From positions 1 through 64,000 of IMG/VR virus record IMGVR_UViG_3300002231_000753: 64,000 nucleotides of DNA; one strand, 5' to 3'. Within the stretch, counting starts at the first letter, position 1. Each line of letters opens with the position of its first letter. Made by a program: the position numbers and the translations under genes. The DNA is from an uncultured virus (IMG/VR IMGVR_UViG_3300002231_000753) (Duplodnaviria; Heunggongvirae; Uroviricota; Caudoviricetes; Schitoviridae). A model generated the notes under the pieces. The model was not told the DNA's origin. It searched no databases and saw only the letters and a list, made by a program, of their open reading frames with translations. Below are positions 48,229 through 57,950 of the stretch, in pieces.

Positions 48229-48244
48229 AGGACTTATTCTAATG

Positions 48245-48565
48245 TCAGTCGTCTTTGAATTTACCAATAATTGCGTTATCGACTTTTTCGAACACAGCTC
48301 CAGCCTCTTTGTTCATACCCAACATCATTTCTACGGTGCCTTTAAACTGTTGAGTAGTTATGCCCGCAACGCCTTCGAAATGGCTCGCTTTTTCCCTGGA
48401 TTCTTTTAATTCCTCAAGCAGTTCTTTGATCTTAACTTCTTGGTTTTTTACGGTGTTTATAGATACTTCACATACCCGTAGTGCTCTAATCAATCCTACT
48501 AGGGCTGCCCCTGTCACGAAAATCATGATCAAGGTTGAAGTTACATTTATTATGATAGGGTCCAT
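48245..48565 (-). CDS. Membrane-anchored coiled-coil hypothetical protein
   Basis: N-terminal hydrophobic helix; TAATG coupling to the PolA C-terminal fragment. Confidence 0.6.
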   Translation of the reverse strand: MDPIIINVTSTLIMIFVTGAALVGLIRALRVCEVSINTVKNQEVKIKELLEELKESREKASHFEGVAGITTQQFKGTVEMMLGMNKEAGAVFEKVDNAIIGKFKDD

Positions 48566-49569
48566 TATTTGTTTCCTTCTTTATATTCTTGTACTGCTGC
48601 CAGTATCTGTTGATTAGTGGCGTCATTAGGGATTTTTACAGTGTCTGCCCAAGTAGGGAATAACTCTAATCCTGCACCTAATTTAACCGTGCCGTGTTTT
48701 ATTTCATCAAGTTCCTGCCATTGCATACATCCGATCAAGTTCTTATTAATCCATTTAACTACATCCATTTTATCAGTGAAGATGAAATAGATAGCATCAT
48801 GGATCATACCTATTGGTTTGATGTCATGTGCATAAGGAGATTTAAGAACTCTATCTTGGAATTCAATAGCAGCTCGATTGTTTAACATTCCATATGATTG
48901 CCCTAAAGCATTACCTGCGGTTCTACTTTCTTTTTGGGCTTCATACGGTGTAGATTTCTTTCCTAGGATAGTTTGAGCTAACATAGGTGTACGTACTCGT
49001 AAACCAAATGCACCCTCTACATAGCCTGTCTTACTGGCTATCTCTAATTTCTTTGCGGTCCAGGCATCAGATTCTTTATATAACTCGTGATAGTTTTTCT
49101 CAATTCTCTTGGCTAACTCTTCAGTTAAACCAAGATTAGAAACTAATGTATGCCATGTACCAAGATACGTTAATGCAAAGGTAGGTACCTTAGAGTCTTG
49201 CCTAAGTAATGGGTATTTATCAGCTATCGAGTTAATGCTTTCTACTGAATTTGGATCAATATCAGGCATTTGATCTCCAAAGTAGGAGTATGCCCGGATA
49301 CAGTGACCACAGTATCCATCGGTATAGACTTTTAATTTATTTTTGTCTCGGGTAGTTAATGCAGAAATCATGTCTTCTAGAGAATTAAAATCAGCTCCAC
49401 CCATGATCCACCCAGCTTCTTGAACACATGCAGCATTAATTTGTTCATACAATTCATCAGAGCAATCGGGGTGCGCTTTAATATTAGTGAGCAATGGTCG
49501 TGTTTTTGTGTTGGATGGGTAAGAACCTAACGAATGTAACTCAGTTACCAGCTGTTTAAGGTCGGTCAT
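48565..49569 (-). CDS. polA: DNA polymerase (family A), fragment 3: palm/fingers
   Basis: Motif A ADFNSLE, motif B RQDSKVPTFALTY, motif C IHDA. Confidence 0.9.
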   Translation of the reverse strand: MTDLKQLVTELHSLGSYPSNTKTRPLLTNIKAHPDCSDELYEQINAACVQEAGWIMGGADFNSLEDMISALTTRDKNKLKVYTDGYCGHCIRAYSYFGDQMPDIDPNSVESINSIADKYPLLRQDSKVPTFALTYLGTWHTLVSNLGLTEELAKRIEKNYHELYKESDAWTAKKLEIASKTGYVEGAFGLRVRTPMLAQTILGKKSTPYEAQKESRTAGNALGQSYGMLNNRAAIEFQDRVLKSPYAHDIKPIGMIHDAIYFIFTDKMDVVKWINKNLIGCMQWQELDEIKHGTVKLGAGLELFPTWADTVKIPNDATNQQILAAVQEYKEGNK

Positions 49570-50233
49570 ATCGCAATGCCTTTAAGTGTTCTTGCATGTC
49601 ATTTTTTATCATAAAATCTACTCTAGCTTGATACCCTTCTTCAGCAGTATCGAATGTACCAAGATGTTTGCGTTTACCTTTTAAGGTAATACTAGCTTGC
49701 CACCTATTACTATTTTTTCTGAAGCTTACGCCTTTAAATCCCGATGTATTATTGCTAGGCATACCTCTATTAATTGCTTGTATGTCCATAGTTACCCATC
49801 TACAATTTTCGGGGCAGTAATTCCCATTATTGTCTTTACGATCTAATGATAATCCTTCTGTGTATCCTGTCTTTATTGCCCAAGTTTTGAATGCTTCATA
49901 GCTATCTTTCCATGCTGCACATACACTACGTCCTATAGCACCGTACTTAGGATATCCTGCATCGGTTGGAACATGGCATCGAGCTAACATGGCATGGTAC
50001 ATTTTATAAAGCTTTGTGCCGGTATCGCCATGTTTAGTACGATCAAGTGTTTCTTTACCCCGGCAACCGCAGCTTACTGTGTGACCTGTACGTAGATGCG
50101 ACATACTAACTATCGTTGATTTACCGCAGTCACAGTCACATAAGAATTTTTTCTTGTAATTAATATTTGAATGTAATGAAAGTACGGTTAATCGGCCATA
50201 CCTATCCCCTATAATACTTTGCCCATATTTCAT
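49556..50233 (-). CDS. Free-standing HNH-AP2 homing endonuclease
   Basis: GDRYGRLTV...CDCDCG...SCGC, SLDRKDNNGNYCPENCRW, and AP2 domain NTSGFKGVS...HLGTFDTAEE. Confidence 0.88.
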   Translation of the reverse strand: MKYGQSIIGDRYGRLTVLSLHSNINYKKKFLCDCDCGKSTIVSMSHLRTGHTVSCGCRGKETLDRTKHGDTGTKLYKMYHAMLARCHVPTDAGYPKYGAIGRSVCAAWKDSYEAFKTWAIKTGYTEGLSLDRKDNNGNYCPENCRWVTMDIQAINRGMPSNNTSGFKGVSFRKNSNRWQASITLKGKRKHLGTFDTAEEGYQARVDFMIKNDMQEHLKALRYDRP

Positions 50234-50252
50234 ATTGACCCCACTATAAAGT

Positions 50253-51089
50253 TTATTGGATGGAGTCAATTATAGAACTTAATTTTATTAAGTCAATTCG
50301 GGTATTACCTGAAGGTGCTTTAAAACATTTTTTAATTAGTTTTGCGTATGTACTGTTACTTGGTAGGTTCTGCAAGTTTGGGCCGCTGCTAGACAGCCGC
50401 CCACTTACAGTACCTCCCAAGTTAAAGTTTCCATGGAGATAGTAGACACCATCTTCTTTGAGAATGCTGTTCTCTTTGAATGCTTTAATGAAAGTATCAA
50501 GTATTTTACTTACTTCACCTAAGTCGATGAGAGCTTTAAGTAAATCAGCATCTTCTGAGCATTTAGCTACATGGATTAATTTCTTAAGAGTCTTACCGCC
50601 TACTGCTGGCTGTTTCTTCTTGGTTCTATCGATAATTTTATAACCAAGGAAATCATATAACAGTTGGCTTACTTGAGGATTGCTTGCTGGGTTGAATTCA
50701 AAATAATCGAAGTACTCGATAGGTTCTGTTTTCTTTTTCCATTTTGCATGCATTACATCAGATTCACGTTTACGTAGAACCTTAGTAAATTTCTTTATAA
50801 TAGGAGAATTGAATACAGTATGAGAAAACTTCTTACGATAGCCTTCCATAATAGTTTCAGTCTTAAGTACCTGATCCATATCTAAAGGCATACCGGTTAA
50901 CTCCATTTGGAGTATAACTTTAATGCTTGGGATCATTATCTGGTTGTAGATTTTTTCTTGATGGTCTGTAATGAGCTTAGGTTTGTTTTTGTTATGAACA
51001 TACCAAGTACTTAAACAATCTTTAAGATTGTATTCTAAGAGCTCATCTGTAGGAATATCAGCTGTAGTAACTTCTTCTTCTTTAGCCAT
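50253..51089 (-). CDS. polA: DNA polymerase (family A), fragment 2: ExoIII, thumb and start of palm
   Basis: ExoIII YNLKD, MELTGM, FNPASNPQ, TVSGRLSSSGPNLQN. Confidence 0.9.
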   Translation of the reverse strand: MAKEEEVTTADIPTDELLEYNLKDCLSTWYVHNKNKPKLITDHQEKIYNQIMIPSIKVILQMELTGMPLDMDQVLKTETIMEGYRKKFSHTVFNSPIIKKFTKVLRKRESDVMHAKWKKKTEPIEYFDYFEFNPASNPQVSQLLYDFLGYKIIDRTKKKQPAVGGKTLKKLIHVAKCSEDADLLKALIDLGEVSKILDTFIKAFKENSILKEDGVYYLHGNFNLGGTVSGRLSSSGPNLQNLPSNSTYAKLIKKCFKAPSGNTRIDLIKLSSIIDSIQ

Positions 51090-51595
51090 TATATATGTCT
51101 ACTGGTTTTAAGTTCCTGGACACTATCGGCAGGAATCCATGCACCAAATTTATCGAATATACTTTCTATAAATTCGTCTTCGCTTTTATCAAATTCCCTG
51201 AAGTAAGGTGATGCCATCCATCCTATACCAATCATATGATGTTCGTTGCACGTATGAAGTAATTCCACATGTTGCTTGGATGCAGCTGTATCAAGGTCAC
51301 TCTGTTTACAATGTACATTGGTATCCCCTATCTGCATGCGCATGTAGTGTTCACCATGCTGATCTACACAAAAGACAACTAACAAAACACTCCACTTATA
51401 TTCACGTTCTTTAATAGCACGCTCAATTTCTGGAGATACATTAATTATCTTACCGTTATTCATATCGATAAGATTAGCGAATGGTTTGTCATTAAGTACG
51501 TAGATTACTGCAGAATGCTTTAATACCTTTTGGATTAACTTATCCATGCGATCATTCGGATTGTACTGTTTACGTCTTTTCTTAGTCCTAGCCAT
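51089..51595 (-). CDS. Conserved phage hypothetical protein inserted within polA
   Basis: RKQYNP...KWSV...GWMASP...IFDKFGAW pattern; TAATG coupling to fragment 2. Confidence 0.65.
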   Translation of the reverse strand: MARTKKRRKQYNPNDRMDKLIQKVLKHSAVIYVLNDKPFANLIDMNNGKIINVSPEIERAIKEREYKWSVLLVVFCVDQHGEHYMRMQIGDTNVHCKQSDLDTAASKQHVELLHTCNEHHMIGIGWMASPYFREFDKSEDEFIESIFDKFGAWIPADSVQELKTSRHI

Positions 51596-51600
51596 AATAG

Positions 51601-51804
51601 TTATGTCTTTTTCTTTTTGCGACTTTCAATGAATTTTTTACGCATCTCGGGAGTAGTAATATCTTTGTCATCTCCAAAGACATCATTATCTATTTCTTTT
51701 ACTGCATTACCTTTAGCTAAAAATTCTTTTGTAGCTTTATCAATAGCATCACTATTAATATGTTCGTGTTTAATTTCTTTTTTATTATGGTAATGTTCGC
51801 CCAT
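51601..51804 (-). CDS. SutA-like RNA-polymerase-binding small protein
   Basis: DAIDKATKEFLAKGNAVKEI resembles the SutA core L..A..EFL.RGG.V.EI. Confidence 0.55.
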   Translation of the reverse strand: MGEHYHNKKEIKHEHINSDAIDKATKEFLAKGNAVKEIDNDVFGDDKDITTPEMRKKFIESRKKKKT

Positions 51805-52763
51805 TAAAAAACTCCGTAATTGCCCATGAACTCGTGGCTAGTTGATTTAAGATCTAATTCATTTCTAGCAGTACTGTTAGTAGCTAGATATGTAATGATT
51901 TTTGTATCTTCAATATTTTTAGTCATGACTTGAATACCTTCAATCATACCTGCTTGATCAAGTAAGGAATCCATCCATAACTCATGAACTATTACTTTAG
52001 TATCATAATTAGCATTCTGCCAAATAATCTTGCCTTCGTAAGCTTCAAAGAATTGTTTTAATAATCCTTTAATATTGTTGGCTACAGCTTCGGTATTATC
52101 TCTTTCTACGCAGAAAGCAACACCGTTATGTTGATCCCATGCAAAGCCAATAGTTACTATCCCAGCTTCATTGAATCTGAGGCTATTGGTTTCTATGTCA
52201 CAGGATAGAGCATCATATTTTAGTAACTCTAATAAAGTATTTTTTATATCGGTAACAGATTTAGGATACTTAAAAGAGTGAATAACATTCTCACCTAACT
52301 TAGTAACAACACCGTTAGCAAGATCTTTAAATATCTTGAGAGATAAATCCAATTTTTCTTGAATATCTGGGTTATAGAATAAAGCTTTATAATTGGCAGC
52401 TAAAACCATACGCATATGATTGTAGTCTTTATGCTTACAATCATATATCTCACCATGATGGTTTTTTACTTTAGATACTCCAGATAATTTTTTGAAATAT
52501 TCCCCATCACATACAAGTAAGTAATCAGTGTTAAGTGATCGCAATGCTTTAAGAAGTTTTTCTATGTAAGCATTAGCTTCTTTAGCAGGACATTTATCTT
52601 TATCGTTATAAAATAAACTGACTGCAATGCAGTCTTTATGATCTAAGCCTAATGGTTCGAGATAGTGTTTAAGTATCTCATGTTTTTTAAGTGCAGCTTC
52701 TTTTATTAAGATAGCTACCTTATATTCATTATCAGGATTCTTATTAAAAATTATGTGCTGCAT
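51804..52763 (-). CDS. polA: DNA polymerase (family A), fragment 1: N-terminal domain plus ExoI/ExoII
   Basis: N4-type N-terminus (LLVCDGEYFKKL), ExoI CDIET, ExoII QNANYD, DTKIITYLATNS; ends EFMGNYGVF. Confidence 0.88.
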   Translation of the reverse strand: MQHIIFNKNPDNEYKVAILIKEAALKKHEILKHYLEPLGLDHKDCIAVSLFYNDKDKCPAKEANAYIEKLLKALRSLNTDYLLVCDGEYFKKLSGVSKVKNHHGEIYDCKHKDYNHMRMVLAANYKALFYNPDIQEKLDLSLKIFKDLANGVVTKLGENVIHSFKYPKSVTDIKNTLLELLKYDALSCDIETNSLRFNEAGIVTIGFAWDQHNGVAFCVERDNTEAVANNIKGLLKQFFEAYEGKIIWQNANYDTKVIVHELWMDSLLDQAGMIEGIQVMTKNIEDTKIITYLATNSTARNELDLKSTSHEFMGNYGVF

Positions 52764-52822
52764 GTTATTCCAAGTGTGTCAGGTCTATGTGTATTAATTG
52801 TAGGGGGATATCCAAATGCACT

Positions 52823-53149
52823 TTATGCATGTAATTTTACAAAATTCTCAGTATATTTGGTTATAAATGCTTTATTCAAAAATAATGCCCCATACTTAAC
52901 AACGTTTTTATCGTCGTATACATCGAAAATAATGTACTCTTTTAACGGCACTTTATTCCTAAAGTAGTTTAATATGTCTCTTATGGGAGATGAGAAATAT
53001 TTATTGCTTGTTCCAACATACAGTCTCCATTCCATAAAGTCTTTTCTAGATATAGGCTTTATTTCCGATAAGGATTTAGGGAGATCATCCGCTAACATTT
53101 TATGGTTGATATAGAATTCTTTGCTTACGCAGATCACATAATAAAACAT
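52823..53149 (-). CDS. Hypothetical protein
   Basis: 108-aa ORF coupled to the upstream gene. Confidence 0.45.
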   Translation of the reverse strand: MFYYVICVSKEFYINHKMLADDLPKSLSEIKPISRKDFMEWRLYVGTSNKYFSSPIRDILNYFRNKVPLKEYIIFDVYDDKNVVKYGALFLNKAFITKYTENFVKLHA

Positions 53150-53700
53150 CAGTCATCACCTAAGATTAATTTCTTAGTCATTATTTCCTTTATGATTTGT
53201 TCCGCTTCCTTTGTTGAAGGAAGTTCTTTGAAATCCCAGATATTTACATTACCTGTAGCTCTAATTTTTTCTTGTTCAAAAGAAGGACGTTTAGATAAAT
53301 TACCATCTGCTGATTCTAAGTATTTATGGATACACTCAGGTAATACAACTACAGCTCCTGCTGGAGAATGAATAAGATTCTCTGCTTCAGTGAAGTATCT
53401 TTCTACAGCTCTATTTTTATTATCATGGATACGTTTATTATCTATGACAATTTTAAATTGATCCTTAAGGGATTCATGTAATTCAGGTATCTCAGTCCAA
53501 TCTTTACCTAGGTAAGAGAAGTCTCTATAAGCTTTACCTTCATACAAGAATCCTCTCATACTGGATTTATATAGTTCATCATTTTGATTAATGATATTAA
53601 TAGTGTCTTCTTCTATTCTTATAGTTTCAGCGCCAAATAATTTATTTAAAATTAAATAACATTCACTTTTAAATGAATATGCTCGTCGGTGTTCTGACAT
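53149..53700 (-). CDS. Hypothetical protein in the N4 gp38 position
   Basis: GGAGG RBS before MSEH; lies between helicase and polymerase. Confidence 0.6.
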   Translation of the reverse strand: MSEHRRAYSFKSECYLILNKLFGAETIRIEEDTINIINQNDELYKSSMRGFLYEGKAYRDFSYLGKDWTEIPELHESLKDQFKIVIDNKRIHDNKNRAVERYFTEAENLIHSPAGAVVVLPECIHKYLESADGNLSKRPSFEQEKIRATGNVNIWDFKELPSTKEAEQIIKEIMTKKLILGDD

Positions 53701-53704
53701 ACTA

Positions 53705-55006
53705 TTAACCTCCATATTTAGCCGGTAACTTGCCGTATAGGTAAACTGTGTTTTCTGCTCGGGTATACCCTACATAGAACATACGTGCAACGTCTGTTCT
53801 GTTATGACACTCAGCTACATCAGCCAAATTGATAAAAACATTATCGCAAGTAGTGCCTTGAGCTTTATGGATTGTTGATGTATACGAGGGACGTAAATCA
53901 GCAAAAGTATTTTGTAACTTATACTTGTATGCCCAATGCTTCATCCTATTAGCTTCTTTAATTTCATTCATTATATCGGCATGATTTTCAGCAGCGATAC
54001 AGTCAATAAAGTTATTGGTTCCTAGAATACGTAATCTAAGTAAATAGCAATCAATGCTTTCACGTATAGCTCTGGTTCTAGTGATTACTTCTACTTCTCT
54101 ACTACCTGGAAGTAATACATCCCCGCTATTATTTTTAATAGGTTGGTTAGTAATAAGTTTTTCGCCTATTGCATATACTTCAGTGAATCCTCTTAACTTA
54201 CGGATATAGTTATTATACTGAATAACCTTACTGTTCTGCCAAGCCAATACTTTACTGTATTTATGAGGTCTAGCGATTTTAAAAGTCTCATCCATTTTCT
54301 GTTGGAAATCGGGACCTGATAAATGTTGAATATACGGATAAACCAATAAATCTTTTAGTTTAGGAAATGGTTTGCCATCTATTACATTACGGTAAGCTTC
54401 ACCTGCTAATTCAATAGGGTGAGCTTGTTCTACACCATTAATAGTTACAGGCTTTTGACGACATACTTCAGTTAACTTGGCTCGGTAAGTACATTGCTCA
54501 TATGCAGGTACTTTATTGCCCTTGATAGGTACTGTTTGATAGTGATCCATTACATAAAGAATTTTGCTGTCTGGAGTAGACTTACGGATCATGTCCAATA
54601 AAACTTCATCAACAGTTGAAGCTTCATCAATAATAATTAGGGTGTTATGTAATGGCTTATATCTGCCTTTAATTTTACGTAAACTTGTCTTCACCGGTAC
54701 GTCTATCAAAATAAGGAATAATGCCTAATTTAGAATGAATAGTAGTAGTATCTTTACCGGTTTTATCGCATAGCTCAGATGCAGCTTGGTTAGTTGTAGC
54801 TGTGAGCTCTACATTTAAAATCACCATCTTTTGCAGATTAATTTAAGTACCTTACTGTACTTACCTGCTTCATCGATAAGGTGGTTAACTAAAGTAGATT
54901 TACCGGTACCACTCCATCCAGAGATAACCATTTCTTTTATATCTTTACTGATAATAAATTTAATGAACGCATCTGTAGCGTCCAATTGGCCTTGAGTTAA
55001 TTGCAT
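53705..55006 (-). CDS. SF1B Dda/RecD-like DNA helicase (N4 gp37-like), frameshifted near 54830 and 54710
   Basis: LTQGQ, GWSGTGKS, TATTNQAA (shifted frame), IIIDEAS, TIHKAQGTT, YVGYTRA. Confidence 0.88.
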
Positions 55007-55039
55007 AGATATTCCAAATAATGACAAATTCCCTTTTAG

Positions 55040-55052
55040 CTGCCGAAGGCAG
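55040..55052. promoter_or_regulatory. GAA-triloop hairpin upstream of the helicase
   Basis: CTGCC-GAA-GGCAG. Confidence 0.4.
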
Positions 55053-55239
55053 TACTCTATGGGAAGTATTTAGATAGGAGTTTAGGTACTTACATTCGTG
55101 AGGAGGCTTATCTACTGGATTACATGCACCAGTACCGGTTTCAGCAATAACTATCAAATGCTTGCACCCGTTACAATTACGAATGCTAGCATTTTTTTCT
55201 AGTTTGGTTTGTATTTCATATATGTCGATGTGTTTCAAA

Positions 55240-56424
55240 TTACTGCCTCGTTGAATAATCGATCTTGTCTCCGAAGAATACTTCAGCTTCCGGATTATCA
55301 ATGACTACCCACAATACTGGATACCCTGGATCATTCTGTATTGCAGTACAGTATAGATCACTGAACACAATGAGCACTTCAGGAGACTTATCTTTATAAT
55401 AATCAAATACTGGCTTTAAGTTGGTACCACCATATCCACTGAATGTAATATCATCTAATCCTTCGTCCTTGCTCAAATTATATACATTTTTGATACTAGT
55501 GTCGAAATCGATGATGGTTAATTGACTCGGGCTCATAGATTGTTTGATATCAGTTACTTCTGACATGAAGCACTTGAAGTCATGATCGCTTACGGAACCA
55601 CTGGTGTCGATTGCTACGCATATCTCACCTAGCCCTTCACTATGTAACCCCGGTAAGTAAAAGTCCGGCATGAAGCGTTTATTGGGCTTACTGAAGGAAT
55701 AGTCATCCTTAGCAAATGCAGTCATATAATTCTGCAATAATACATTCCATGGAAGTTTTGGATTAAATAGATTGTCCAATAGACGCTGTGCATCACCCGG
55801 TACGGTACCAGGAGCATCACCTTGCATCTGGGATTCCATAGAAGCTTTGGCCACTGTCTGGGCTATTTTAGCTTCCTGTTCCTGTATCTGCTCTTGATCA
55901 CCTTTTAATGGCATGATGTCTTTATCATAACCACTGCCATCATTAGGGCTTGTACCTAATCCACTGCTAGGTGGACTGTTAGGTGGAGGATTCTGGTGCA
56001 GAATGGTATAGACTTCTTCAGTCGATTTACCGCGGTATTGGGGATCACAAGCACCACCACTAGGAATAGTAATGTTGGCATCTTTTAAGAGATTATTAAT
56101 TACATGATCTGCTGCTTCATTAAAAATCTCAGGATCTCTAATACCAGTTCGACACATATGTTGTAAAGCTACGTGCATTACTTCATGACAAATTAATCCA
56201 ACTCTTTCATCTGGACTTAGTTGTAAAAACCAGTCCGGGTTAATAACCATATCGATACCATTAGTACCGGCAGAAGGAATAGAATCATCCCATGCATACT
56301 TAAGCGAGAATGCTATGGATATATAAAAGGCAGTGTTAGACATCTGCATCAAATTAATTTTGGCTTTACTTAAAGCTTTATTGGCTTTTGTATAATCTCT
56401 TTGTACTACGGGTGCTTCTGACAT
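55240..56424 (-). CDS. vWA domain/metallopeptidase protein (N4 gp25-like, DUF2201)
   Basis: HEVMH zincin motif, N.AAD..IN, MIDAS DTSGS, GYGGT, VFSD. Confidence 0.9.
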   Translation of the reverse strand: MSEAPVVQRDYTKANKALSKAKINLMQMSNTAFYISIAFSLKYAWDDSIPSAGTNGIDMVINPDWFLQLSPDERVGLICHEVMHVALQHMCRTGIRDPEIFNEAADHVINNLLKDANITIPSGGACDPQYRGKSTEEVYTILHQNPPPNSPPSSGLGTSPNDGSGYDKDIMPLKGDQEQIQEQEAKIAQTVAKASMESQMQGDAPGTVPGDAQRLLDNLFNPKLPWNVLLQNYMTAFAKDDYSFSKPNKRFMPDFYLPGLHSEGLGEICVAIDTSGSVSDHDFKCFMSEVTDIKQSMSPSQLTIIDFDTSIKNVYNLSKDEGLDDITFSGYGGTNLKPVFDYYKDKSPEVLIVFSDLYCTAIQNDPGYPVLWVVIDNPEAEVFFGDKIDYSTRQ

Positions 56425-56702
56425 AATTCTTTTTCCTTTTGTAAAATTTCAGATAGTTGTTTTAATGTGTTTTCGTATGTATTAGTTCCGTTAGAAGGTA
56501 TAATGACTCCATCACATATATCGCGAGTATCATCAAAAATAATAAATTGACTTTGTTTTTTGTGATTATAGTGTCCTGAAAATACATACGCCCTTATGAC
56601 AAGGGAATTGTCGATATTAGTGTATCGATAAATATGAGGTTTGTGGGGCATTAAAGTAAAACCCATCAACGATAAATTAGTTATATATTCTTCTCTATTC
56701 AT
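56406..56702 (-). CDS. Array paralog (MNREEYITNLSLMGF)
   Basis: Shared N-terminal motif; overlaps the vWA start. Confidence 0.75.
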   Translation of the reverse strand: MNREEYITNLSLMGFTLMPHKPHIYRYTNIDNSLVIRAYVFSGHYNHKKQSQFIIFDDTRDICDGVIIPSNGTNTYENTLKQLSEILQKEKELCQKHP

Positions 56703-57001
56703 TATGGATTCAACCTAATTAAATTATCGATAGTCTCTATGGCATCTTTATAAGTTGTCCATACGTTATGTGAGTATGCTCTAATACGCGTTCGAGTATC
56801 TATATCAGGATTTTCTAAAGATACTGATACAGGGCATTGATCCTGAAATTTATCTTCGGTTTCTACGTAGATAATTATTTTCTTATTAGTTTTAAGTTTG
56901 ATTATGTATTTTTCCACACTACCAAATACTGCTGAATCATTTGTAGATACTTTAGTTGCACTGAGGATAGTTATGTTAAGTAAAAATTTATCTTTGTTCA
57001 T
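56702..57001 (-). CDS. Array paralog (MNKDKFLLNITILSA)
   Basis: Shared N-terminal motif; YKDAIETIDNLI. Confidence 0.75.
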   Translation of the reverse strand: MNKDKFLLNITILSATKVSTNDSAVFGSVEKYIIKLKTNKKIIIYVETEDKFQDQCPVSVSLENPDIDTRTRIRAYSHNVWTTYKDAIETIDNLIRLNP

Positions 57002-57294
57002 GACAACTCTTTTAAATATTTATCTATAGCTTCCATAGATTCAGCATAATTTACCCATATTTTATGAGTTAAACTTGAGTATGATTCACTATATATCCCT
57101 ATTCTTACTGGCTTTTTATCGAAAGGATCTTCTTCAACGATTTCAACATAAATATCTTTTCCATTAGGTACAGGTATTACATAGGACATATTACATATAT
57201 GATTAAGCCTTATAGCCTGATTATGGCTATATTCGCAGGTAGCATTCTTAGCACCAAGAATAATTATATTAGCTATAAAAGTATCTCTATCCAT
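56998..57294 (-). CDS. Array paralog (MDRDTFIANIIILGA)
   Basis: Shared N-terminal motif; YAESMEAIDKYL. Confidence 0.75.
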   Translation of the reverse strand: MDRDTFIANIIILGAKNATCEYSHNQAIRLNHICNMSYVIPVPNGKDIYVEIVEEDPFDKKPVRIGIYSESYSSLTHKIWVNYAESMEAIDKYLKELS

Positions 57295-57586
57295 TTTTAG
57301 TTAACTCTTTAGCAACAGCATCTAATATTTTTTCATAAGAAGGGAATTCATTAGGATTATCTGCGACTATATCTGTACTCCACGTATCAGGATACTGAAC
57401 AGTTACTTTTCTTTTAGGGGGCGTAATATTATCTAAGTATACTGTGTGTTTGATAATTAAATTGGTTGATCCCCTAGACCAAAATAATTCTAAAACATTA
57501 GTTTTGTCATAGGCTTTAAATGATTGTTCACCTAAATATTTATATCCTAGTATCAGTAAATTGGTTTTGAATGTTTTGAAGTTCAT
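57287..57586 (-). CDS. Array paralog (MNFKTFKTNLLILGY)
   Basis: Shared N-terminal motif. Confidence 0.75.
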   Translation of the reverse strand: MNFKTFKTNLLILGYKYLGEQSFKAYDKTNVLELFWSRGSTNLIIKHTVYLDNITPPKRKVTVQYPDTWSTDIVADNPNEFPSYEKILDAVAKELTKNG

Positions 57587-57876
57587 CGTCTATAAATCTC
57601 AATATGCCTTTAAAAGAAGTACCTAAAATTCCAAACTTTTCTCTGGGGTACACCATAACTGAAGGCCCATTAGGATCATCACTCATTAAGCAACTAATGT
57701 TGTATGTAATTCCAGGCATACTCTTATCAGTAATATGGAATTCTAAATTGAATTCAAAGTTTTGTTTACGCCAGACAAAATATTTAAATTTATCTACCAG
57801 ATTACCGTCTGTCGCATCTTCTACTAATTTGAAATCCATTAATAACATATTAGTTTTGAATTCGTTGTAAGGTCAT
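57540..57876 (-). CDS. Array paralog (MTYNEFKTNMLLMDF after removing one T)
   Basis: ATG at 57876; a single-base correction restores the motif. Confidence 0.65.
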
Positions 57877-57950
57877 GCTGTCTCCCCNCAATATATCTAT
57901 CCACTCTTTTAAGTACTTCATCGTAGTTAGGACATTTGTACGTAGTTGCT

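Noticed and set aside
49400..50330. Group I intron or intein around the HNH gene in polA
   Set aside because: No P/Q/R/S elements or non-coding space; no intein C/S start or HN-C/S/T end.
51089..51810. Ribosomal bypass (T4 gene 60 style) joining polymerase fragments
   Set aside because: The gap is about 715 nt, contains two coupled genes, and fragment 2 has its own TAATG-coupled start.
54960..55301. 113-aa ORF between vWA and helicase
   Set aside because: It overlaps both neighbours substantially and its start is unclear. A shorter Cys-containing gene may exist, but its boundaries cannot be supported.
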